From positions 372,001-436,000 of the forward strand of contig MU057724.1 in NCBI GenBank assembly GCA_013265495.1: DNA of 64,000 nt. The letters are read 5' to 3'. Below the pieces are notes generated by a model. The model was given only the letters and a program-made list of their open reading frames with translations. It made no database searches and had not been told where the DNA came from. Positions 1 to 58,199 of this stretch are shown here, one piece after another. Origin of the DNA: Vicugna vicugna. Taxonomy: Eukaryota. A program made the translations under genes and the position numbers. Every line of letters begins with the position of its first letter. Within the stretch, counting starts at the first letter, position 1.

Positions 1-768
1 TTCTGACCTCTACTCCCCAGGGGAAGGGTTCTTCCTATGCCTTTGAAATACGGTACTGATTTTTCAGAGCAAAGCTTCACTGTCTGAGAAAATTCACATA
101 CACATGCTGTTGAAATAAAGTAACTCTTAAGCCACTGACGTCAGGACTGAGTCTCACGCATCTCTGCTCACAGCAGGGCTGCCAGCAGGAAGGACAAGAG
201 AGCTTATTAATCTGTCTGTCTCACCTGGTGAGAGGGGGCTGCGTGGCCGCTGCTGTGAGGTGTGGGCCCGGCCCGACCTACCCGCAGACTGCGTGGGGAC
301 CGCCGCCCGCCCAGAGACCCAGAGGTACCAGTAAAGACTGTAACTTATCACTCCTCAGCCACGTTAGCCTACTCCTGACCTGGTATTTTAAAATCACGTC
401 TTACATACGGTCAAAACAGCACAACCTTGCGACGAAACTGCTACTTTCTTCACTGAGGTCAGGAGCGGGCAGGAAGCCCTGACCACATCTTCGAGGTCAC
501 GACCTTCCTCACCTTGTGCAATCTGCATTTTCAGTCGTGTCACCACAGCCACGGGCCAGCTTCACCGGAGCATCACAGAAAACCGCCCCGCGCCCTCGGT
601 GGGGCCCCCCGCCAGGGGCTGAGCTGAGGGACCGCTGGGGCACGTGGCGCCTGGGGGAGGAGGCCCAGAGGCCCCACACAAACCGGGTCTGGGAGGGAGG
701 GCGCGTCTCCCTTGCGTTCATTGCCCTGGCCAGGGCACAGCACCCCGGGGCCCCGGGAGGAGCTCTCA

Positions 769-37479
<36,711 letters not shown>

Positions 37480-38377
37480 GACGCCCGCCGCAACCCGCGC
37501 CTGCGCACACGCTGCCCAGGCCCGGAAGTACCCCGGGGGACGGGGTCGGGGTTCCCGGCGCGTGCGCACAGCAGTCCGGGGCCCGGAAGTGCCGCGGACG
37601 CAGTCGCGGAGACTGGGCCCATGGCAGGTCTAGGGGCGGGGCTCCCGGCGCGTGCGCACACCGTGCCCGGGCGCATTGCCCAAGACCTTCGCGGAGGGTG
37701 TCCCTGTAAAATAGCGACGTAGAGGTGCGCTGAGATGTAGGCAGGCTTATGAATGTGTGGCCCACTGTACACTTAGCACAATTCGTCAAAACCTGGGGAG
37801 AGGCAGGAATTCAACGGCTCGACCCCAGAAGTAGATGCGGAGGGCAGGGGTGAATTGGGGTTGACCAAGCGCCCGGGGCAGAAAGAGACAGGCTTGGGTC
37901 AGGGGCCACCGCTGGCCCCTGGTCAGGAGGGCGGGGGTGGTGTTCGCATTCCCGCGGAACAAAGGAGCGGAGCCTCCTACTGACGCCCCTCGGAGGGCGG
38001 CGCCTGAACGCGAACCGCGGGCTCCCCAGATTCGCCGCGAAATCGCCCAGCGGTCGCGGGCGAGACCACCCGGACAGGGGAGCCCCGGCCGTCCCGCCAC
38101 CCTCTGCGCTGCGCAGTGGTGCCTCCCGGAGGCGGGGCCGCGTGAGGCCGCCTCTGTGATTGGTGGGCCTTCGCGGGGGGCGGAGACGAAGGTGCCGCCG
38201 GCGGGAAACCCGGGCCCAGCTGGAGCGGAGCAGGAGCGCGATCAGGTGGGGTTGGGCCGGGCCAGCGGGGCGGGCGGAAAGGGACGGGGTGCGGAGGGGC
38301 AGAGAGGCAGGAGCGAGGGGAGAGGGCCGGGGGTCTGTCGGAGGGTCCGCGCGAGCCCGCGTTCCTGTCGCGCAGCC
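37480..38377. promoter_or_regulatory. PRKDC/MCM4 bidirectional CpG-island promoter
   Basis: 898 bp between divergent ATGs, CpG-dense. ETS CCGGAAGT near 37522 and 37583, NRF1-like GCGTGCGCAC motifs, GC box at 37633, E2F-like TTCCCGCG 37949, TTCGCCGCGAAA 38031 and GGCGGGAAA 38200, reverse CCAAT 38159. Confidence 0.9.
38200..38245 (+). other. MCM4: probable MCM4 non-coding exon 1 (5' boundary uncertain)
   Basis: Donor-like ATCAG|GTGGGG at 38245/38246 and an acceptor cctgtcgcgcag just before the ATG; mammalian MCM4 has a 5' non-coding exon. Confidence 0.5.
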
Positions 38378-49125
<10,748 letters not shown>

Positions 49126-49555
49126 TGCCCAAGCGCAGCTGTGTCACTACCCTGCACCGTTGGATGGACGGCCTCAGGTCGTCACTTGGCCCCATGAATG
49201 TCCTCTAACTGGGTTCCATTTTCCCGGGAAGCCTGCGTGTTCACCGTGTTAACGTTTTAAGTAAAAGCTCTGTCAGTTTATAAGCCATATATTCAGGGTC
49301 ATTCTCTTGAAGTGCCGTTTCTTTAGCTCTATGGCTGAAAGGCACTTGTGTGCAGACAGCAGGATGACAGTCTTTGAAGACAGCCGTCTGGGTCGTGGTC
49401 TGTGCTGGACGTGGGGTCACTCGTGTGAGGTGATGAGGGACTGGTCCCTGCTGTAGTGCAGTCCCCGGGCTTGTCCTCTGCACTGCTGTGAGCCTGGAAG
49501 TGTTGGAATTCCTCATCAGCATCTGCTGCTTCACTCTGCTATGAAAACTTTCCTC

Positions 49556-49561
49556 AATAAA
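49556..49561 (+). terminator. MCM4: probable MCM4 polyadenylation signal AATAAA
   Basis: First AATAAA about 430 nt after the stop, followed by AT/U-rich sequence. Confidence 0.65.
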
Positions 49562-51870
49562 TGATAGAATAAGGAACACTTGATTATCTGGCATTATTTT
49601 TCATTAAGAGAAAAGCTTATATCGCTTTCATGAAAATTCTTGATAGTAAGTCCTTTACATAAGTCACAAAAGAAACTCACTAAAATGTAATTAATTTCAT
49701 TTTACTCAAAAATTATTTCAGTCCTAGCAGCCATTCTTGTAAAACCACCATTAAGTCCCATGTGGAAACACTGCTGTAGTAAGTAATCCCTGAGACGTGC
49801 AGGTCATTGTATGAGGTTGGCCTTTTTTTTGTAACTTAAGAGTCGACCTCTGCTGGTGAAGTGCCTGTGCAGTGACGGACTGAGTGCTTCAACAGCAGCG
49901 CAGTGTGAGGAGGTGGCCTTTAGAGGGCATCCCAGCAGGCGTGCCCCTTCGCTGCGTGGTCCTCGCTGCCCTGTATCTGATGGAGGTGGCAGTTAGTCTG
50001 GGTTTCACCAAGGGCTGCAGAGGAGGCTGAATGAAAACCCCTGAGTCTTCTGACCTCGGGAATCGCTCGGGCTTTAACTCTGCAGGGTGTGGATGCTGCT
50101 CACACTTCCAGAAACAGCGGAGGGAGGGCGGCGCCCCAGCCTGCTCCCTGGAGCAGAGGAGTCTGGGGAGCTGTGCTCCCAGCTCTAGTGACTGGAAATA
50201 ACTGGTCCTCAGGCCCCAGCCGAGCTGTGGGCAGCACACAGCCCTGTGTGCCAGGAGTTGTGAGGCCAGTTCCTGAGCCCAAGTGGAAGACAGACGTCCA
50301 GGGGACAAGCAAGAGCTGGCCTTCCTTTCCACTAAAGAGCACTCTGAACAGGGTCCCAGCTAGACGAGTGCTGCTGCCAGCTCTGTAATGGCAGATGACG
50401 CAGGAAACAGGTGCTGTCACCAAATCAAGCCCTCAGCCAGCGCCAATGTCTAAACCTGGTGCTTCAGCACCAGTGTAGGAATTACGCAGCTGTAGATGAA
50501 GTCCAACCCCAAGGGAACCGGAGCTGAGTGAGTGAATCCGGGCTCCGTCCTGGTGGATCGGCCTTTCCTGACACAGCTGTAACTGCCCAGTGGTCTGGGA
50601 GTCTCCGAACGCAAGAGGGCCTTGTCCCCCAGGGCAGGGCCCAGCGGCAGAGCTTGCTGGAGGTCTCTAGAGGGAAGAGTCCCAGGAAGGGGGAGTGAGC
50701 CTGTAAAAATTCAGGACCCCGAGAACCCCAGAAAGCGGGGAGGAGGGGAGGGTGTGTTCACGCGAGAGCTCTGCCCACCCGCCCACCTGCCCCTGAATTC
50801 TGAGAGCTGCTCCCTCAGAGGTGCAGGTGCAGGTGTGGAGGGTGCACCTCGTGACTCTGAGAGGCGCCTCTCCCATCCTTACAAGGCGGCCTGTGAGCAC
50901 AGGTGGGGCTGTGCAGGCTGGGATCCTGGCTCCGCCAACCTTCAGTGCTCAGGACACAGCAAGCGCTCAGTGCCCAATACCGCTCCCGTGAGCCAAGTAA
51001 GGACACCAGGGTTTTCTTACTAGGACAATTCAGCTCAATTGCTACAAACGTGTCTTATAAATGCTACAACACAATGCAATTGCATTTGAACTTTTCCTTA
51101 TAATTTTGACCCTGAAAGATACCCAGACTGGCTGGATCGACCTTACTTGATTTGCACACACACACAACACACTGTCCATCCAGCATCCCCCACAAATACA
51201 ACCAACTCCACCCAAGGGCTCAACAATCAGCAAGAAGAACGAGGAACCCAGACACCATGACCCACTCCCAGCACGAGGTTAGCAGAAATCTGCCTCAAGG
51301 AAGTACTGCTACATATCAAATCTGGGGTGATTCCTTAAAATACCTCTGCAATTTAATTTTTTAAACTTTTTTGAAATAAGTTTCAGGCTTACCCAAAAGT
51401 TGTAAGGATAATACAATTCCCATTTACCTTGCACTCAAATTCCTTTAATGTTAACATTTTCTCAACTCAGCTTTTATCATTACCCATAAATGTGTTTTTA
51501 ACTGAGCCTGCATTCCAGTCAGGATTTCCCTTTGCCTCTAAGTACTTCCTAAAAACCACATGTATCCTCAAACAGCCAGCTTGCCTTACGTAACCACCAC
51601 AGGACAATTTCATAACAATCAAAAAAATCAGTATTTGCCCCCTCTACAGACAATTAAAATCTCATCAGTTGTCTCAACAATGGTTTTCACAGCAAAAATG
51701 AAAATAGCCTGTTTCTGCTTCAGGGTCACAAGCTGCGTTTAGTTTTCGGGCGTCTCCTCTTCAGCCTGGCACATGCCTCGGGATTTTATCTTTTCATGCC
51801 CTTGACATTTTTAAAGAATACAAACCAGTTTTTTTTTGTAAATGTCCTGAAGTTGGGTTTGTCTGAGGTC

Positions 51871-52540
51871 TTTTTTTCCCCCCACAGACCACATCTTTAT
51901 TCATTCACCAGTCGATGGGCACTTAAGCTGCTTCCAAGGGTTGGCTACTGCAAATAATGCTACTACGAACACTGGGGTGCATGTGTCCCTTCAAACCAGT
52001 GTCTCCATTTTCCTCAGGAAAATACCTAGATGGGGAACTGCTGGCCTGAATGGTAGTTCTATTTTTAATTTTTTCTAGGAACCTCCATACTGCTCTCCAC
52101 AGTGGCTGCACCAATCCACACTGCCCCCAACAGTGCACGAGGGCTGCCTGTCCTCCACACCCTCTCCAACACTCGTTGCTTGTCCCTTGGTAACAGCCAC
52201 TCGGACAGGTGGGAGGTGACAGCCCACTGTGGTCCTGAGCCGCACCCCCGCTGACGAGCAGTGCTGAGCATCCTTGTGTCCGCCTGTATCTGCACGGCCT
52301 CTTTGGAAAAACGTCTATTCAAGTCCTCTGCCCTCCTTTTAGTCAGGTGCTTTGTTTTTTGATGTTGAGTTGTTTGAGCTCTATTGTACATCTTGGATAT
52401 TAACTCCTTCTCAGATACACTGTTGATAAATACCTTCTTCCACTCAGTATGCAGTCTTTTTCTCTTGTCAATCCCCCTTCGCTGTGCAAAAGCTTTCTCG
52501 TTTGTAGTCCCATTTGTTGAGCTTTGCTTGTTTCCCTTGC
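51871..52540 (-). mobile_element. LINE-1 ORF2 3' segment fused to the PMS1 retrocopy
   Basis: L1-type text (CGLVQPLWRAVWRFL; aaagctcaacaaatgggactac) ending in an A7 tract. Confidence 0.85.
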
Positions 52541-53390
52541 CTTGTTATATATTAAAAACAACCCTTACATCAGCTTTAAGTAGACCACAGCATAGGAGAT
52601 CTTGGACCTTTTTCATTTCATATTTACGCTTTTTAGCAGTTAGTAAAATTGCTCTCTTACAGGTTGACCCATGAACAGTTACAGTTGTGCCCATCCCCAT
52701 GGATAAGATGGTTTTCTGCTGGCGTCTTCAATCCAATGTGTGGACGTGATGGTGGTCCTTTTGGACTTAACACAGCTTTTTTCACTTGTGGCCGTTTTCC
52801 CTTTACAGGTCTCAGAAAGCACTTGTTGCTTTGGAAGAAAATATGAAATTGTTGTTTATTCCTTCACCAAGATGTGAAGGTTTTTGAGAAATTATGTGGC
52901 CACTGCCATCCGGAACATACTGGGTGCTAAAATTATCAGCAGCTGTCCTGGTTATAATTAAAACCTCAGCTACACAACAAAAGGACCCCCAGGCTTCTCC
53001 ACACGAACCGTAAGTTGTCAGATCTTCAAGATTATCGTGGTGACTTACTTTTGAGGTGCAGCACTTCATGGCCATTACGGGTGCATCAGCACCACTGTCT
53101 CGCACCTCAGTTCTGTCAAATCCACAGTCCCCCAGCTTAACATCTGTGCTTGTAGCACTGGCATCCAGGGGGTTTTCAGTGAGTTCTTTTACAACACTGA
53201 CCACTGAGGTGATCATCTGAGAACCTGAAAGGAGGCAAACTGTTGCTGCAGGCAACTGTCTCATTCTAGCTGTCAGCAGAGTAGCTTCTTGCTTGCATGA
53301 GGTGGGCAATTACAATCCACTGGTGGGATGCTGCACTGGCCCGGGCTCGCCAATCCCCAATTCACCCCCAGCGTGCGCGGCGGGGCGGGC
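52538..53390 (-). pseudogene. PMS1: processed (intronless), 3'-truncated PMS1 retrocopy: 5'UTR plus N-terminal GHKL ATPase coding region
   Basis: ATG at 53264: [44 protein letters not shown]...QKPSHLGEG matches the PMS1 N-terminus without introns; degenerate ATPase motifs; frameshifted continuation at 52541-52690. Confidence 0.93.
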
Positions 53391-54089
53391 CTGAGGTTGG
53401 TTTCTGGGCACCACTTGGCAGGAGCACCGCGGCGGTGAGGCTGTGTGCTCAGCGCGTCACGTCAGGGGGTCAGTGAACCTGACCATTACAGGTGAGGCTG
53501 ACTCGATCACCTGAGTCTCTTCCTCGTAAATGACTATTTTTCTTCAAAATTATAAATACCTTGTGGGGAGAAAATCTGGGGCTGTGTAACTTATTTTTCG
53601 TCAGGCTTTGGGAGTAAGCTGCACATACGATCCCCTTTACCCTCGAACACTGGATCTGATCTTTAAAACAAATGAAATCACATTATTCCAACTTGGCAAT
53701 GCCTACAATTTGACATTACATCTCTCATTTCTTAAAACCTTTAAAGGTTGCCTAATCTAATTAGAATAAAATAGAAATGCCTTGTCATTCATAACCAGAA
53801 CACCATGGGATCTGACCCACCTGCTTCTGGGACCCCATGACTAATAAGAACCTTCCAGTCACCCTGGATTTCTTTCAGTGGCCAAACTGGCCCATCTTCA
53901 AGGCCCAGGACAGACACCACAACCTTCCTGCCCAGAGGCCCACTTCCGCCTGCCCCAGGCTCCTGCCCTTAGCTGCTGATGCTGTCCAGGCTCCCTCCAG
54001 GTTTCACACGTCTGCCCCATGATCTGAGCAGCAGTCCTCTCCCGAGATGGCCTGGTTCTAACTGCCAGCACTGAAGAACAGGGCGGCCA

Positions 54090-54245
54090 GACATCTCTGT
54101 CAGTCTTCACCTCGTTACACCATTTTCTTTTTATCACTTACCATGGTTGGAAATTATCTCATATATCTATTTATTTAAGAGTTTACTGTTTGTCTGCTTC
54201 CATTAGCATGTAAGCTCCATGAAGGCAGAGACTTTTTCCAAGGCA
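54090..54245 (+). mobile_element. L2 3' fragment
   Basis: tttactgtttgtctgcttccattagcatgtaagctccatgaaggcagagac. Confidence 0.65.
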
Positions 54246-54289
54246 GCTACAAATTGTCCAGATAAAAAGCAACTTACAAAGCCTTGTGG

Positions 54290-54540
54290 GCCCCATGTTC
54301 ACTGCAGCACTGTTCACAACAGCCAAGACACGGGGACAGCCTGTACGCCCGTCGATGGGTGAGTGGACAAAGAAGCTGTGATGTATACACACAATGGAGT
54401 ATTAGTCATCCGTGAAAAAGAAGAAAACCCTGCCATTTGTGACAACATGGAAGGACCTAGAGGGTTTTGTGCTCAGTGAAGTAAGTCAGAGAGATACTGT
54501 TTGATCTCACTTGTATGTGGAATCTAAAAACAATTTAAAA
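54290..54540 (+). mobile_element. LINE-1 ORF2-end/3'UTR fragment
   Basis: ccccatgttcactgcagcactgttcacaacagccaagac...cttgtatgtggaatctaaaaa. Confidence 0.8.
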
Positions 54541-56118
54541 CCTCACAGGTGTTTGTCCTTCAGACTCTTTCGTCTCACTACTCCCTATCACAGCAAACGG
54601 AAAGTTACAAACTTTAAAATCTGCTTCCATTTCTTTCCAGCTTCATCAGCCTCTGGCAGAGACCGGGTGAGGGATCCCTGTTTTATGTGACACTTGCGTC
54701 GCCCAGACCAGGCACCACGCTCTCCCCGCAGCAGTGCTGTTCCCTTGTCACAGATGAGTCCCCAGTCCCCACACTGCTCCAGCTACCTCCCCACACACAC
54801 CCGTTGCAGGGGAGTCGCTGAGAACAGCCTCTTCTTTGCAGAGTCTCCTCGCACTGAGGACTGAAGTGAAGGGACGATTTCTAAAGAGGAGGTTGCCTGC
54901 AGGGAAGGCCCAGTCTTCCACAGGACCACCCGAGTGCAGTTACATAGGACGGGCCTGATTTGCCTCAAAAGAACAGCATCAGCCTTCCGACTCAAGGATC
55001 TGATTAAGTGAAACCTGCAGCTCATAAAACTCAAGTCTCCATTTCACCTTCTGCTGCTCAGATGCCCACAGCCTCTGGCACAGTCTCCCTGCTCTTCAAT
55101 GGGATTCCAAAGGCAAAGTGTGTGATCCGATGGCTTTTAGGACTGTGAAACCTAAATGCACAATCTCACAACAATGCAAAGTCTTTCCTTAGCTGGAAAA
55201 TTGTTAACAGTTGATAAAAAACGTCAGTCAATTTGAAAACTGCATGGAGCATCTGTAGTAGTTTCTGTAAGCTATCTGCTGGGATTATTTCAAACAGGTC
55301 TGCAGTACAAGGTCCCTGAGCACTGGGTCTGTTTCTACATTATCAGACCCATTAACACTCGAGTAACCAGAGGGCCAAACTCAAGCTCAGTGAAGTGTGT
55401 TTTAAGTGTATGAAACCTTTCCTCTGAGCCGCGGCGTTCTGGAGGAGGCTAGAGCACTAGAGAATCAATAATTAATTGGCAAAATGCTCCTCCTCCTCTT
55501 CAGGCATTATTACAGCAAAACAACACTAGACTCAAGAATAAAGTTTAATGACTGCTTCTTTCAAGACTCTTGCAAATTAAGAAAGGATACAGTAAATGCA
55601 GGCAAAGAAGTGAAATTACGGACAATCACAGAGGCTTCACAACCAGGTATAGCACATCCTTGGTCACGTACTCAGTAAATGTCTACAAACACAACAATGC
55701 ACCTTGTGCCCCAGTTGCCTCTACCATCCTGGAACCTGAACTTGCCGAATCATCCCTGCCTGCAGTTTAATACTGAAGTGTGCTGCAAAACGCACAATAG
55801 CTGGAAGGTCGTACACATCCAACCACTGTCACATGTGAAATTTTGCTCAGAATTAATATTTAAATGAGACGAGGCTTCAGAAGAAAAGATGCCAGCTTGG
55901 CAAACTTCCAGGCACGTGAAACTTTGCTCACTTATCCTCAATATCAGATTGCCAGACTATAGGTAAGCCTACATAAACTCTACTTCTCATGAAGAACAAC
56001 AGTTCCATGAAATAGGCTTTGAATGTGGAGTTCCAGGTGCTTTCCAAACTGTTGATTTTACATACTAATGATTCTAGAACAATGCTGATGTCATGTTAAG
56101 CTATTCTGTTACCTAACT

Positions 56119-56250
56119 AGCAGCTGTTATGAAAGAAAATTGAACTTTATCCACCAAGGAAAGACTGATTCATGTTGCTGATAAAGCAGCTGTTATGAAA
56201 GAAAATTGAACTTTATCCACCAAGGAAAGACTGATTCATGTTGCTGATAA
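56119..56250. repeat. perfect 2 x 66-bp tandem duplication
   Basis: agcagctgttatgaaagaaaattgaactttatccaccaaggaaagactgattcatgttgctgataa at 56119-56184 and 56185-56250. Confidence 0.97.
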
Positions 56251-56342
56251 GTATGTTTCTTTAAAATAGTAATATTTTGTCTTTATCTTTTGTACCCTCT
56301 GCATGTTAATAATAGATACGAAGGTTGCTCCGACATACCAAC

Positions 56343-57475
56343 TTTTTTATTGAAGTAGTTGATTTACATTATATGTTACAGGTATGTAAGTCACAATTTT
56401 TAGAGGTTACACTCCATTTAGTTACTATAAAACATTGGCTGTATTCCCTGTGCTGCACAGTACATCCTTGTAGTTTGTCTTCCATGTACATAGCAGTTTC
56501 TCTCTCTTAGTCCCTTGCCCTGTATCGCCCCCTTTCCCTCTCCCCACAGGTACCAGTTGCGCTCTGCATCTGTGGGTCTGCTACTTTCTGTTTTATTCAC
56601 TAGTTTGTTTGATTTCTTAGAGCGCCCATATAAGTGATATCATACAGTATTTGCCTTTCTCTGTCTGACTTATTTCACTGAGCATAATACCCTCCAAGTT
56701 CATCCATGCTGTTGCAAATGGCAAAATTTCATTCTTTTTTATGGCTGAGTAGTATTTCACTTAATATATATACCACAACTTCTTGTCAACTATACAGTGA
56801 AAAAAGAAACTCCCTGCTGTTACTGTACATTAGCTAATCTTACAAACATTGAGTAAACATTATCAAACATCAAAAACTCTTCAATGACTCTCAAGTGTAG
56901 ACTGAACAACACACTTCTAAATAACACCCACGGCAAAGATGAAATCTCAAGAGAAATTTACAAAGCTTAAAAAAAAAAAACAACCAAAGGTATAGTTGAT
57001 TTACATTATATTAGTTTCAGGTGTATTTGTAGTGATTTACAATCTGTAAAGGTTAAGCTCCATTTAAAGTTATTATAAAATATTGGCTATGTTCCCTGTG
57101 CTGTACAATATATCCTTGTAGTGTATCTATTTTATACATAGTATTTGTACCTCTTACTCCCCTACCCCTGTGCTGCCCTTCCCCCTTCCCTCTCCTGATT
57201 GGGAACCACTACTTTGTTCTCTGTATCTGTGAGTCTGCTTCTCTTCTGTTACATTCATTAGTTTCGTTTCTTAGATTCCACATAGAAGCGAAAATATAAG
57301 AGTATGTATTCTGTCTCACTTCACTGAGCATAATAGGTCCATCCATGTTGCTGCAAATGGCATTATTTCATTCTTGTTATGGCTGAGTAATATTCCATTG
57401 TGTATATACCACATTTTTATCTATTCATCTGTTGAAAGACACTTAGTTTGCTTCCATGTCTTGGGTATTGTAAGA
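56343..57475 (-). mobile_element. two adjacent LINE-1 3'UTR fragments (about 56343-56780 and 56990-57475)
   Basis: Both start tagttgatttacattatat and share tattccctgtgctg...ttcactgagcataata...gcaaatggca text. Confidence 0.85.
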
Positions 57476-57477
57476 GA

Positions 57478-58045
57478 GTATTAGTTTCCTATTGCTGCAT
57501 CCAAATTAGCCCCAAATGTAGTGGCTTAAAACAGCAAACACTTGTGATCTCATTTTCCGTGAGTCAGGAATCTGGGTAAGCATTAGCTGGGTTCCTCCAC
57601 CTCAAGGTCTCTAGCAGAGTTGCAATTACGGTGTTGGCCATGACTGCAGAGTCATAGGAAAGCTTGACTGGGGAGGAGCTGCTTTCACGTTCACCCCCAC
57701 GTTTGTTGACAGGATTCAGCTCTTCATGAAGCAGGGCCTCACCTTCTCAAGGTTAGTGGCCAGAGGATGACCTCAGCTCCTGCCACGTGGGTTTCTGTGT
57801 AAGGCAGTTGTCAGGATAGCAGCTGGCTTCCTCAGAGGGAGTAAGAACAATGTGGGTGGAATCTAATTTTTTAAAAACATAATCTCAGAAGCTCTATGCC
57901 TGCACTTCGGTCTTATTTCATTCATTTTATTCATTGGACGTTGGTCAGTAAGCCCAGCCCACACAAAAGGCAACAGGCTTTAATAAAAAAGGCATGAACG
58001 CCAGGAGGGGATCACTGGGAGCCACCTTCGAGGCTCCCTACCACG
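57478..58045 (-). mobile_element. MaLR solo LTR (MLT1-like)
   Basis: gtattagtttcctattgctgc...gtagtggcttaaaacagc...ccctaccac. Confidence 0.75.
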
Positions 58046-58199
58046 AAAAGGAAACGAAAGCCGTGTAGCAGTGTCACTTCATATTAGGCGGCATGGCTGG
58101 GACCAACTGGGAGGACAAGGCAGCGGACCTCCAAGCTCAGAAATTAAGAAGAGCTCTTTTCCCAAACCTCAGCCGCGTGTGAGACACGGCGTAAACAGG

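Larger units (their letters stand above)
51360..53610 (-). mobile_element. ancient L1M(C/D)-like 3' end split by the PMS1-L1 insertion (pieces about 51360-51869 and 53391-53610)
   Basis: Left piece ends ttgggtttgtctga; right piece continues ttggcaggagcac...ccattacaggtga...cttgtggggaga, in the order of recalled old L1M 3' consensus. Confidence 0.6.

Noticed and set aside
505..600. Possible PRKDC exon 29 (FCDAPVKL followed by a donor-like AAG|GTGAGG)
   Set aside because: Does not match the expected TIQQCCDAIDHL-type peptide and has no convincing acceptor; the next exon probably lies outside the window.
55940..56070. Short peptide QFHEIGFECGVPGAFQTVDFTY, faintly like a PIF/Harbinger transposase motif
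   Set aside because: Too short, flanked by stops, no TIRs or further motifs; would need a tBLASTn/HMM hit.
56119..56250. Direct repeats as a CRISPR-like array
   Set aside because: Only two abutting copies with no spacers, in eukaryotic DNA.
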